Shown here: positions 49,931-64,000 of the stretch, one piece after another
Layout of the letters: every line of letters begins with the position of its first letter
Position numbering within the stretch: position 1 is the first letter of the stretch
Source of the DNA: Eledone cirrhosa
Taxonomy: Eukaryota
Reading direction: 5' to 3'
NCBI GenBank assembly: GCA_964016885.1
Contig: OZ024743.1
Location: 19,282,001 to 19,346,000, forward strand
Length of the DNA: 64,000 bases
Notes under the pieces: generated by a model
The model's input: only the letters and a program-made list of their open reading frames with translations
Told to the model about the DNA's origin: nothing
Database searches by the model: none
Made by a program: the position numbers and the translations under genes

Positions 49931-52242
49931 CGACCGCGTGAGCCCCCATTTGCTCATAATATTCAGAATTGAGGAGAACGGGAGTGATGGAGGCAGTGGG
50001 AGTTTAGTTCCTATGTGTTAGGACCTAGTGTATATGCATATATATATTTATTTGCTGCACTACGCACACATTCTTCAAGATACCAATACAGTCATTTTGA
50101 TCTCAATATAGATGAAGTTGCTTATATTAATGATGTTCTCAATAATTTCAGCAATCGATTTGTAATTTCACTCGAGAATTCTACGCAAACATTTTTGAAG
50201 GGGGACGTTGTAACTCACACAGTTCTCACTTTTATTATTAAAGAAACTACCTTGTTTTTATACGTGAATTAATATATATATTTACATATTTTGCGTACTT
50301 GCGTTTCTGAAAGCAGCATACTTAAATATTCAAGTAAACGATAACATTATTGATCGCAATCTCATCTAGCAGCCTACAAGATTAACGCCACAAAAACTAA
50401 GTTGATTTATATTTATTTGTAATAGAAACATTATTCACTTTTATATATATACTGAATATAATTTATAGATAAGCAGTTACACAAATACTAATGTCCTTAT
50501 TACGACACGAATAATCCTTAAGAATACTAGTTTCGTTTTTGTTGTCATAAATTCTAGAATTCTATGCTGTTGTAATCACTGATACTACTATTGATAGTAC
50601 AGATACTGGTAATTCTATTTGTTATTGCCCATATAACCTTGTCGTTTCTGCCTGATTATGATGTTGCTTTTTTCCTACATCTTTTTGTTGCCATTTCATA
50701 TGGCTTCATACATAATTAACATGGTCATCTTACAACATTGAGAGCCAAATGGAGCCTATTTGGATAGGTTTTCAGAATATTATATTACTTACAATAAACA
50801 TTGGCAAATCGTCATCTTCAACATGTATTTCGTGAGAAGTGGTATAAAGTTCTTGGCGTTTTATTGAATTGTTATTGATGAACAAAAATGATATTCAAAT
50901 AGTTACAAGATAACATATATTTGACCAAATTAACTAAGCGTATGCGTATGCCTTACGGTAATATGCATTTCTCCCAACTGACAAAACATTATTGTTGGAC
51001 AATATTCTTGTCTTGATCCAAGATTCACTTTCGTTACAAATGATCTTTATTTTATTGCTTTGTAAATTTGGTTTCTTATTCATTGGCTTATTCTGTGATC
51101 TGCAATGGTCGTTCTTTTGTTGAAGTGAGATAGCTTTGAATGTAACCATACTCAGTGCGTATTCATCATCTATTTTTACTTGTCAGCTTATATATACATT
51201 TATATATATTATTCTCTATTGCATTACGTCAAGAAATACAACAGGGTTCTTTACGAAATATTCAAGATGTTCCTTTGACAATTCTGCAATTCTATTTCCT
51301 TTCTCCGTTGAAGCAGTATCTATGCATTTACGTGCCTAAACCTATTTGAAGAATGCCTAAATTTACACATTCTCATTTGTTATCTATCAATGTAGTAAAA
51401 CCAATATATTATCGATGAATATAAAAATAAAATAAATTTTAATCCAGGAGAATGTGTAGGGTGCCGGTCTTCAGAAAAGCTTTCACATCAGGTACGGGGT
51501 GTCATTGGCATGAAACATAGTTTTGTTGAATTCTTTACATTGCCAAAATTAAGTGCCCGTTTAAATTTATGCACCGGTAAATCATATATAAATATTTTTA
51601 TACATATGTGAGTGTGTATATATTAAAAATATGCAAATATAAATATGTGTAAAGAAAAAGCATGTATAGAGACATCGGTGAAACATTACCAAGACGCTGC
51701 TAAGCCCTATCTCGTCAAAGTATTGAGTTTGTAAGCTGCATTGTCACTCGTAATTAACAAAGTCAAGTACAACATTTCAATGAGCAAGCATCGCTGCAGA
51801 TGTTAAACGTAAACAACATGTGGAATCAATTTTATTACAGCCGCTACATGATGATGATAATGATGATGACGGGGAGGAAGGTGGCAGCGAAGATAATCGC
51901 AATCATCACAATGATGATAGTCACGGTCTTCGCGACGATGGAAAACTCAATTTAGACTTGGAGAGGAAGATAATTTACTGCATGTGTAGTAGTGTAATTT
52001 CCATCAATTAAGTATACACCTGACAGTTGCATGGCTTGATTTCGTTAGTGCGAAGAATTCTATTTTAATGTATTTTAGGGAATTTGTAGTAGCTTTGTTG
52101 CATAGTACTTGTAATATTCATCAGAAAATAAAACAAATCAAATTAATAGTATCATCTTACGTCTGATTACACCGTGTAACATATTTTTTGTTCTAAGTGT
52201 CATTTACTGGTTTGTTATATCCCATTATTATAGAATAGCACT

Positions 52243-52436
52243 GGGCGGTGGATTGGCAGTATCGGTAGAGGGTCGGACGCCATGCTTTGCAGCACAATTA
52301 CGTCCCTTTACGGACTGAGTTCAAATCCCACCGAGGTTAACTTTGCCTTTCATCCTTACGGGGTCGATAAAATAGAGTACCAGTAATACACTGGGATATT
52401 TGCTGGCCTTGTGCTAAAAGTAGAAACAATTATTAT
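52243..52436 (+). mobile_element. tRNA-derived SINE
   Basis: Same family as 17810. Confidence 0.9.
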
Positions 52437-52443
52437 AGAAAAA

Positions 52444-54116
52444 CACTATTATTTAATTAGAAGTTTGGGTTTGTGGTCAGGAGTTTGATATTTCGAAATG
52501 TTCATATTTTACAAGAAAAAACACATTTTTTTTTAATTTATCAGTTCATATAATTAAATCAACAGAGTATATATTTATTGTATTACACAAGTTTATCAAA
52601 AGAAAACAAGTAAAAACAAATAACACTTCTAAAGCATTTATACACGTCAGAAATGACTGGATTTCCTGGATTTGCGGTTGTAGTCCAGGTCGCATTCCCG
52701 CACTAGCCCCCAGATATAGTCCCCTATCATTTTTTCATTGTAGTGGCCCTGTTACCTCCGCTCTATCTCCTTCACATCTTGGTGGAATCGTTCGCCTTGT
52801 TCTTCGCCTTGAATTTTTCCAGGTGAGCGTCCAGCATATGGAGTTTAAGCGACATCCTGCATCCCACGGCGCTATAAGCCTTTCTCAGATCCTGCACCAG
52901 TTGCTGGTAGTTTTCAGCTCTCTAGTTGCCCAGGAAGCCCTTAACAACTGCCTTGAAACAGGTACATGCTGCTCTCTGAATCCTATTGAGCTTATTGGAG
53001 AACTCGGTAGACTCAAAGACCTTCTATATCTGAGGTCCAACAAAAATCCCACCTTTGTTTTGGCCCCAGGTAACTTGGGGAAGAACTCAAGAAGGTACTT
53101 AAAAGCAGCTGATTCTTAGTTGAGAGCGTAAACAAATTGCTTTATCAACCCTAACTTAATGTGCAGTGGCGGCATGAGCACAATCCTGGGATCATCCTGT
53201 GGCTCCCACATGTCGTGCGGGACCCAACTACAAATTCTGTTCGCTGCTCCCAGTTCTTTCTTTTGTAGTGGTCAGAGGCGGCTCTGCTGTCCCAAAAGCA
53301 GAGGAAGCATTGGAATTTGATAAAGCCTCCGTTGAGTCGAAGCAGGAAAGCCACCATCTTGAAGTCTCCAATGATTTCCCAATTGTACTGGTTGTATTGC
53401 AGAGCTTCCTTCCAAGAGGACTTTCACACTGTAGTATTCTTCCTTCAGGCAGACTGAATGAGCTAGGGGCAGTGTCGGGAACGTGTTTCCATTGTAAAGG
53501 AGGACAGCCTTCAAACTTGTGTTGGAACTGTCTATAAATAGCCGCCACTCCTTGGGCACAAACGGCACCCCAATAACGTCAAACAGTCCAGGCACGTCAT
53601 GGCAGAACCAGAGGCCATCCCTAAGAGTGTAAAAGCCTGAGAAAGGTTCGTGTCGACTTCTCTGTCTTGTCATCTGCACTTCCTCCTTCACCAAGTTCCA
53701 CTGCTTTATCCTGCAGACGAATAGCTCTGCATTGGACTTGGTCAGATCCATATCCCTGACCAAGTCATTGACTTCTTTTTGGTTTGGGAAGTGAGGAACT
53801 TTTTCTGGTACTCCAGTATCAATAAATCATTTTAATCCACTTTTTAACAATTTTATACTTGATTGCACTTTTATAATTTTGTTTAGGTATTACTCTTTAT
53901 TTTATCATTTTAATTTAATCTGAAACATATATTTAAAAAATCATTTAACATAAGCAAATTAAACTTACATACAACGTAAAATCCAGCATACAAATAATTC
54001 TAGTGAATAGCTTAGAATTTTTACAACCCCAAACTTTTAACTGTTTAATAGCACTTTGTTTTATTTATTTGAGACCTAAGCAACACAAAAAAGTGATTAC
54101 AAGCCATTACACAGTG
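52444..54116 (-). mobile_element. Chapaev-like (CMC superfamily) DNA transposon, internally deleted; ends uncertain
   Basis: Broken transposase at 52650-53810 with EWRLFIDSS..SLKAVLL.NGN, CFLCFWDSRA, PLHIKL and GERFHQD..ERRYQG-like motifs. Confidence 0.75.
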
Positions 54117-54785
54117 TTATGCAGTAATGATGTTAATAAATTTCTGTTCTCCCAGTTACTACATATTTCAACTAAATTTCTTTCTTCAGTGTTGGGATGA
54201 ATACTAAAGGAGCGACATATCAGTAATACGAAGATAGAAGAGGGATTAAAGAAAACAAACACTCCCAGGCATTTAATACTTTTCAGAAGGAATGTATGAT
54301 TGCTACATACAAGCCAAAAGAACTAGGCGTCGGAGTCGGGTATATACCTTACTTTATACACACTCTGCTGTTTCCCATGCGCTACTAACATCATCAGTGA
54401 TCTACTAGCCCTCATAGTTATTTCTTCGCATTAAAGACCAGATACCTCAGGCTAGCGCGAACAATAGCTAAAATAAGTTATTTGGATAAAAAGAATTGGG
54501 TGGAGAAAGAGAGACAGGTAAACAAACACGAATGGTGAGGCAACGTAGAGAGAGGACAAAATGATTCATTTGAACATAATAACTTGCCAATATTGACGAG
54601 AAAACAAAAGACACATCTTAACCGGGCGAAAGTAAGCGAGGAAAGAACTTCGCATGGTGTGGGACGATGGAGGAAGTGAGAGAGAGGGTGAGTAGCAGAG
54701 AATGAGTGAGTGAAAGTGTGAGGAAGAGGCTAGCCAAGAGAATATATACACACACACACATACACACACATACAAACACACACAT

Positions 54786-54833
<48 letters not shown>

Positions 54834-55733
54834 GTTTTAATATAGATGAGATTCTACAGAACTAGAACTGTTTCATTCTTTAGAAATCCTCAGGAATCAG
54901 TATATATATATGTATATATATATATGTAGACAAATCTACCAAAATATACGGTAGCATCCAATCTGTATGAAGAACTCAATGTAATCTAAATATAGAAGAT
55001 ATCATGAAAAGAGTAGATGCATTAACAAATTTACGATAAACATCATAGTAAATCAGAGTCAAGATAAATTAATAAAAACAATGAAATAAAAACAAAGAAC
55101 AAGTTCCTTATATTAAAAAATTCATCATTTTACGATTATTTCTGGGATGTATATGTGTGTTGGTATGTATATCATATAGATCTATGGGAAAAATATTACA
55201 AATGATCAGAGGAAATATACATACCTTGACATATACATGCCGTCCTCAGAAATGATGAGATGTGTTTATTGAAAAAAACAAAGAATTAATATAAAGGGTC
55301 TGTTTGGGAACAGGTTTTTAATTGACCAATAGAAAAGGAGTTAGAGGTCAAGTTGATAGAATAACAATAGTAGAAATTAAATATAGGGGTAGAGGAGTGC
55401 AGACTTATGCTTTGAATGAAAAGAATACTATGGTGATGAAATGAGGTCAAGTCAAGAAGATAGTGAAGGGTACACGAACATTTGATGTTATTAAAGAATA
55501 TTGTTAAAAACGCAGGAAAATAAAATGTTAGGGTAAACCACAAGGAATCTAGATATATAACAAGAAATTAAATTAATTGATAGGTATATTTACAGGGATA
55601 AAGTTATATTAATTCATATGAATGTGATAAATAAAAACTTGATCTTATTAAAGAATGTTGTTAAAAACGAAGGAAAATAAAATTTTGGGATAAGGATATT
55701 AGTGAGAAATACCAATCTTATTTAAACTACAGG

Positions 55734-55829
<96 letters not shown>

Positions 55830-55832
<3 letters not shown>

Positions 55833-56085
55833 TGAGAAGTGACACACGAGTTGATATGTATTAGAAAAATAAGAAAACAGGTAGAACATTCTGATGGGAT
55901 TATCTCATAGAATAACTGCAAAACGTTTTTTTTAAAGTAATTTACCCTATCGGTTTCAGCCGATAATTGGTTTGGCTTCGCCCTGCTACAGGAAATATGA
56001 TAAAACGTACATAATAAAATTAAGGAATATATTAATTAGAAGAGGGTATTACAGAACATAGTTTAGATATATATGAAATGTTCAC

Positions 56086-56150
<65 letters not shown>

Positions 56151-56970
56151 TCTTTCTTCCTGGGTTGGTTGGTGATTGTGGCAGCTAAAATAGAAGTTGG
56201 CTTGTTCCCTGACTGGTTAACAGAAGGAGACAGGGGGTGGGGGGGATTTAGTAATATTATTATTAGTAATAGTAGTGATATAAGCTGTCCGTGCGACTGA
56301 CCTTATTGGTAAAGTGACCTAAAATTTACCTAAAGCAGTGATTGTTTCTTAATATATCTATCTTTCTTAGTATTTCTGTAGGAAATACTGTCGTTCTTAA
56401 TTTGTCATTTCGTGATCTTGTTTGGTGTTTGTAGCAGTTATTTCTGTGGTGGATGCATTTAAACAGGGTTCGTATTTTGTGATAAAGTATAATTCTTTGC
56501 TAATGCGTTTATTGACGGTGGCGTTGTCTTTAAATTTATAGAGGGGAAAATTGTGACGTTTTGTTGTTCATTAGAGAATCAGATGTCAATGTGTTCACTC
56601 AGTACTACTTTCTGTATTTCCGTATTTTAATTTGGGATGTATGGACGGTTATACACTGACAAAGAATGTTTTTAGTTTGTCCTATTTACTGCTTTCGACA
56701 GTCTGAGCAAGTTAGTACATATATCAGGTTTTCTGATGCGCATGTAAAATTGTTTTTCACCGTAAAGCATTGACCACCAAATCACCAAGGAGGAGAGAGA
56801 GAAAGAGATAAAAGAAAATGTGAACTTCTTTATATATATGTGAACTACGTTCTCTAATACACTCTTCTAATTAATATACATCTAATTTTATTATATACCT
56901 TTTATCATATTTCATGTAGCATGATGAAGCTGAAACAATTATCGGCTGAAACCGGTAAGATAAATTACTT
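55830..56970 (-). mobile_element. Decayed 5'-truncated Penelope-like element with inverted pLTR
   Basis: Minus 56455-56660 translates to ITVHTSQIK..LSEHIDI..FPLYKFKD..RISKELYFITKYEPCLN (GIY-YIG C-terminus). Inverted repeat 55935-56100 / 56790-56970 with a decayed hammerhead (ATGATGA..GAAAccggTA). Confidence 0.75.
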
Positions 56971-57890
56971 CTAACGAGATTTTGGAAGAGAAAAAAGAAT
57001 AATAGACAGAGAGAAAACATTTCGTCATATATTTGTGGATATATATGTTGAATAAACATACAGGGAAAATGAGAAGTCGAGCCTGTGGAAAAGACGATGT
57101 GTTAGAAAAAACTAGACTTGAATGAAATACACTGATATTAACAATGAGGTGAGAAGCGCTATCAGTACTTAAATTCGGCAAAATGTTGTGCAGTATTCGA
57201 TAGCCAAAAACGATTCGACATCCTTTCTAATTATGAGAAAGAAATTACATGGATTATATATAGTATGCAGCTATTATTCGAAATATCTTTGAAAACACTT
57301 GGTTAGTAATAAGACTTTAACAAAAAAAAAATGTACAATTTAAGAAGAACTCTTATTATGCACAGGATATTTACAATACATCAAGACAATTTCAATACCG
57401 TCTAGGAATCTTTTTAAGAAATTCCGTCTATAAAACTACAATATATTCAAACATTTTCTGTAACGACATTTCGAAATAAGTTCATTATTAAAGTTCACCA
57501 TGTGTGAATCACGTCATTAATATGAATAATGTTTAATAGTATAAAATGAATGCGAACATAAACCTTCAGAATATGATTTGGAGAATTCAACCACTGACCA
57601 CAGAATTTTTATGGCATGTTCCAACATCACGATATCGTATGAATACATCGTATCAAATGCTACATTGAGTCACAGAGCATTTACAATATGCTGAGTAATC
57701 TTGATTGTATATTATGACCTCTGACTATTTTACATAGCCTATATCTTCTATCTGCCAGTTTTCATATTTCTTCACTATTGCTTTATTTCATATCTCATAT
57801 TTTCTTTCCACTTACATCTATACCTCTTTCATATACTTATTCAATGATTTACATTATTTTATACGATTATCTACATGTTAATTTAGAATG

Positions 57891-59075
<1,185 letters not shown>

Positions 59076-59599
59076 ATATATATATATGCAGGAATTCCGA
59101 AATTCCAACCACACGAAATAAGAGTAACAACAGACTATGGGTATAAATAATAACTTATAATGTAGGATACATAAACCACTATTTATGGAGAACAATGGCC
59201 TTCAGTCGCTAGGTAGCCATTTCCTCCGTGTATATAGGTATCTTATTCGATTTTCTAAGTATTCATCTATATATGTCTATGTGCATATATTTGAACTATT
59301 CTACTAGTTTAAGCTTCTATGTAGGGCGTACATGTGATGCATAATAACTACACTCACTTTTTATAAAACAATCAAATGTTGATGTGAATAATGATCATAA
59401 TAATTTAACTAGTAATATTTTATCAGTTGCGTATCTAATCAGTTTAAATGTCCGCAAAGAGCTGAGTCTTTATCACAGAATATGGGATGTAACTAATACC
59501 CCTGAGAATTACGAATCAAAAAACGAGAGGGAGAGTGAGAGGACGAAATATAGAAAGAGAAAGAAAACAGGAGCTAGAAAGAGAACGAATAAGAAAAAC

Positions 59600-60600
59600 G
59601 TGAACAACAAACAACTTAAAACCAGATAAAAAGTATGCTGTTGAATCTCGTTGAGGCCTCCGAATATATGGTTTATGGTTGGTAGAACTATGATAATACA
59701 TTGATAATACATTATACCTCTAATCATTTTAAAGACAAGTTTTACGAGGCCTCACTCTAAGACTGGCGAATTTAAAATTGGAACAAATAGAGTCATAAAG
59801 AACATAGAGAAGATTCTATATGACCTGTTCGTGAAAAATATAGTCCTAGCGTATATGGCCCATTTGGAGGCAGTATAGTCTTCGTTTATTGACATTCATC
59901 AGAGCCTGACAACAATTTAAATCCTGATAGACCTGCTTCAGATAACAGACGATTGAAATTTGAGAAGTTATCTCTAGATTCATATCAAAATGTTTTTCTG
60001 CTATTTATAATTGAAAGTTTGTGGATTGTATAAATTAATCAATTGTGCTCTGGAAGAATCAAATTGGTGACCATTTCCGTTTGCTTCTGTTTTTACATTA
60101 TGGTTATTTATAAATCAGTTATATTGTTATTGATGATTCTAATTGAAAGTTATGAATTAATAACGTTTGACAAACCAGACACTTCCACAATCTAGGATGT
60201 AAAGACATACGTTGCATAGAATGGAACAAGATATTGGTAAGGCTGTAGGGTCTGCGAAAAACGCTTACGAAGGTATATGATTTGCATGTTCACATTTCCA
60301 AGAATCTTTCTTCTACGATTATGTAAACAACTATTATTCGAGTTGCAAAGATAGTAAAGAATTCCATGATTATATGAATGTTTAACTAGTATGTCATGGT
60401 TTACGTTATCATAACTGCCTCTATATCTAGTGAGATCGAGCTGGTTAATTTTCATCAATATGGTCATGAATGTGGTTATTTCATGTAAAACACTCTCGGT
60501 GTTGTTATTCATTCGAAATCCACTAAGATAGTATATTACCTATATTCCTTTTAAAATTTAAGTAAACTACTAAGTCGAACGATTTTCAATGTGATCTCGT
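59600..60600 (-). mobile_element. Highly degenerate LINE RT remnant
   Basis: ORF 60192-60512 LDLTRYRGSYDNVNHDILVKHSYNHGI..LHNRRRKI resembles the RT motif LDL.KAFD.V.H.IL..L..YGI. Confidence 0.45.
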
Positions 60601-61249
60601 AGAATTATGGTTGTTTCATTTGGCTTTCACAATATTAATAAATGGGTAAATTTCCGTGTAAATGGATGCTGTTGAAATGTAATTATATCAGTAATTACGT
60701 TTAGAACACTTTATTGTATTTCATTCCATGTTTTATTGATGATTAAATTAAATTAAATATCTTGCCTCGTGGCAGTTACATTCTTTAACTCATCTTTAGC
60801 TCATAGCGACTCATGTTTAATAATAGGAGGGTAACATAAATATGGAGGGAGAAGGTTAAATACTTTGCTTTTGATGTTTGGTTTTGTGAACGAAAAGTTG
60901 CCAAGGAAAGATTTCGTGATCAGAGACGATCATTAGGAGGTGTCTGAAATTACCTCACTAATGTGATCTTGCTTTAGACTTCAAGTTGAATTTACAAGTC
61001 CAGAAATCATTTTCGACGTGTTCTATTCGCTTTTTACATATTTTCTTTGAACCATTATGCATTGTATAATTGGCATCTATTGGACCTTATTTCCATTTGT
61101 CTAATTATTGGCTCATCTGTTTTCTTGGGTGATTTAGTTCTTCGTTCTATAATGCCTTATTGTTTATTGTAGTAGTTAACATTAGTGTTATTTTTTTTCG
61201 GATAGTGTTGGAAAATTGGTGTTGTCGCAAATATATAGAAATCATTTTT

Positions 61250-63100
61250 TATTGTTTTTTAATTGGTAAAAATTGATTCATTTCGTTATTTCGTTGATAA
61301 AATATATACATGATTGAGCTTGTCAATGGATTGTTAAATTTGTTGTGGCGTGGTAGTTGCGCTTCTATATAATTAACAAAGTTAGTCCTATCAGTCTGGT
61401 GAAATTGAAATATATTTATTAAAGATTTTGCTTGATTTCAGTGGCAATTGTTAGAATTCTTATGGTTTAAAGGAATTGTAAGATTAAAAGTATCGGTAGA
61501 ATGTCCCGAACCTAGATCCTATTTATGATCTAATTTACAGTTTTATATAAAAGGAAAGACTGGTAGATAAGACAATAAATACTTTTTTGTCATTACAATA
61601 TCTGTATGGCAAGGAGTCTGGTAGTGTATGTAAAATAAAATTATATTTATGCATAGTCACTAAGAAATATTCTCATGTTTTCTTATATAATTTTTTTCTT
61701 CTGGCGTTGGTATTCTAAAATGGGTGATATACACTAAAGTCCACCGGAATTAGAATTGTTCTCAAAGGAGTTGATTTTATTAGGAAATTTCAGTATTGGT
61801 TATTGTCTCAGAACTTTATTTTAGAGGGAAGGGGCTTGGGTTACGAATGTTTAATAAAATAATTCAAGCTTTCTGATGTAATCCCTGTGAAACACCTTGA
61901 TATTCCTTGATAGCATATATTGTGTATAAAAAATTCGGTGTATTTACTTTTGTTCAAAGTAAAATCATTTAGTATGGTTTCTTGAAAAAGTAACATAATA
62001 AATTTTGGTCTAGACAATTCCATTAGTTCACACTGTCTGTTGAGGTTGATTTTGCGTATTTTTTTTATTTAGCACATCATTATTATTGTTTAATTTTTAA
62101 GATATTTTTTGTTCAGCTTATGTTTTAAGCATTTTTGTCAAGTCATGTTTATTGGTTACATTTTTGTTATCAAATTAGTTCTTTATTATTATTGTTGTGT
62201 TGTTCTTTTCTGTTAAATAATGGTATTGTAGGAATGACCTCCATTGTATTTCTGACCTTTTGCCGTAGTAGTATCATTATTACATGAGAGTTTCTGTGTC
62301 GGTGTGTAATGGTTACATTTGTTGTTGCAAACGAATTCTTCAAAAACATTGACCATAATTTCTATTGAGATCAAATTATCCAAAATGTATTAGTACGAAT
62401 TGAGATTTTCTTTTCCTAAGCACAATTTATGGGCTGCCATGTGTTCATTCACTGCTCGTTGTAAGTTTATTGACAAGTATTGTTGCAGAGTGAATTTTGT
62501 AAATGTTAACCCTTGTTGTCAGGATGTTCTCATTTATATCTTTCCGGGCTATTGGGTATATATATATAGGTCGAATTATACCTAGATCACCCCTTTTAAA
62601 CATTATGTTATAGCACATTTGAAATCTCACTCTTCGTGGTTGGATTGTGTCAGTAACATGTTTCTAGTTAGTTTTGTAATTTTATCAATTTCATGTCAAG
62701 GATTAGTACTTCTGTTAACGTTTCAGTTTTCCTGGAGTCACTTCTTTATAGCGCTACCATCTGTTTTTGTCGTTATAGGCTTGCTGTTATACTGGAGGAG
62801 CGTTGAATTTAAATGATACATAGGCATCTTTTTTTGTTTCGGATAATTGTATTTTCTGATTGTAGCAAATAGAAACATGGTAGCGTCAGTTGTTTTTTTT
62901 TTGTGTGTACATCTTACATTCTCAAAAAATACAGATTTGGGATTAATTAAAACATGCTGAAACGTGGCTTCCACAAAGGACAGAATTTAAACTACTGATA
63001 TCCGAAAGGGCTGCCAGGATGAAATTCTTGTAAATATTATTGTTTCCAAAGCAGGCTATATCAATCACATTAAATCACACATTCTCACCAAAATAATCAA
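61250..63100 (-). mobile_element. Highly degenerate Penelope-like RT/GIY-YIG remnant
   Basis: Only scattered weak motif echoes on the minus strand (ITTKTD; TILNDFTLNKSKY); no intact catalytic motif. Confidence 0.35.
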
Positions 63101-63761
63101 AAGACACCAATGTCTTCTTTTCACGTTCGGTTTACAGCAAGGTACATAAATGCAAGCTTGAACTGCAAAGACATATATCATGAGAGATTCATTCCTTTGA
63201 CATAGCTAATTAATTCTGTATAGAAGTTGAGTTTCACGTATCATGAATTCTCTAGGCCTCATAAATCATTCGCTGGTTTAAAAGTCTTATCAGAGCACAG
63301 GACAGTGAACGGAGTTTGACCGAACAATAAGTAGTGAGACAGCTGTCATCTGACAGGATGAAGCAACAATCATTTTATGTGTGCGTTATCCAATTTGCAA
63401 AATAGGTAATGCGACATAATCTCTATCACTAAGGTAATATTTGTAATCACATATAAAGAACTAATTATATTATTACAGTTCTCATATTTGTCTGTCAGCG
63501 TTTGCATTTTTGGTTGTTTTAATTTGTTTTGTTTGATAGTTTGTTTGTGTTTATTGGTTTTCTTTTTACCCTTTCAATTCCAGGAGGAAGACTTTATGGA
63601 ATGGCCAGACTTATATAAGTAGCCTATAAAACTCAACCAAACTATATCATCAAATGTGATCTAAAATGTACAATATCGGATCGGAAAAAATCACTGGATT
63701 ATTACAGCTGAAAATCTTTGAAAACATGTGCTCAAACAAGGACGTATTATTAGATTTGTAT

Positions 63762-63953
63762 AGCGGTAGATTGGCAGTATCGGTAGAGGGTCTGACGCCA
63801 TGCTTTGCAGCAAAGAGTTACATCCCTTTATGGTCTGAGTTCAAATCCCACCGAGGTTAACTTTGCCTTTCATCCGTATGGGGTCGATAAAATAAAGTAC
63901 CAGTAATGTACTGGGTAATTTCTGGCCTTGTGCCAAAAGTAGAAACAATTATT
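63762..63953 (+). mobile_element. tRNA-derived SINE
   Basis: Same family as 17810 and 52243. Confidence 0.9.
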
Positions 63954-64000
63954 AGATTTTTATGACTACAAGGGGTCACGATAAACACAATTTACAAACG

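Noticed and set aside
63560-63620. Possible host exon after the strong acceptor tttttaccctttcaattccag
   Set aside because: Only about 12 codons before stops, no partner exon and no motif; RNA-seq would be needed. A similar candidate at ~2715 was also dropped.

Overview
AT-rich, microsatellite-dense eukaryotic DNA with no supportable host gene. An invertebrate, probably an Octopus-like cephalopod, is inferred from the SINE type and repeat landscape and was not verified. Most ORFs in the track are microsatellite or antisense artefacts. The recognisable content is mobile DNA, and it sorts by microsatellite. (1) A ~17.6 kb head-to-tail array of five R4/Dong-clade non-LTR retrotransposons (two families, all minus strand, each bounded by (TAA)n) begins in the (ATT)n tail of a CR1 fragment. 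(2) A full-length but decayed Tx1/L1-clade element has a ~22 bp target-site duplication at the edge of a (GATA)n tract. (3) Many Penelope-like (PLE) fragments and long fold-back palindromes (arms ~55 bp to 1.3 kb) sit in or beside (AT)n. Most of the larger ones carry a minimal type-I hammerhead ribozyme, and two have a compensatory U3-A8 core. There are also four tRNA-derived SINEs, a Chapaev-like transposase remnant, a CRE-like fragment and older LINE debris. Most notable are the hammerhead-bearing palindromes, a TATA-containing 5' motif shared by two distant Dong families, an in-frame TAG shared by two diverged Dong copies, and an exact 40 bp Dong-derived insertion inside the Tx1 ORF2. All folds and alignments were done by eye.
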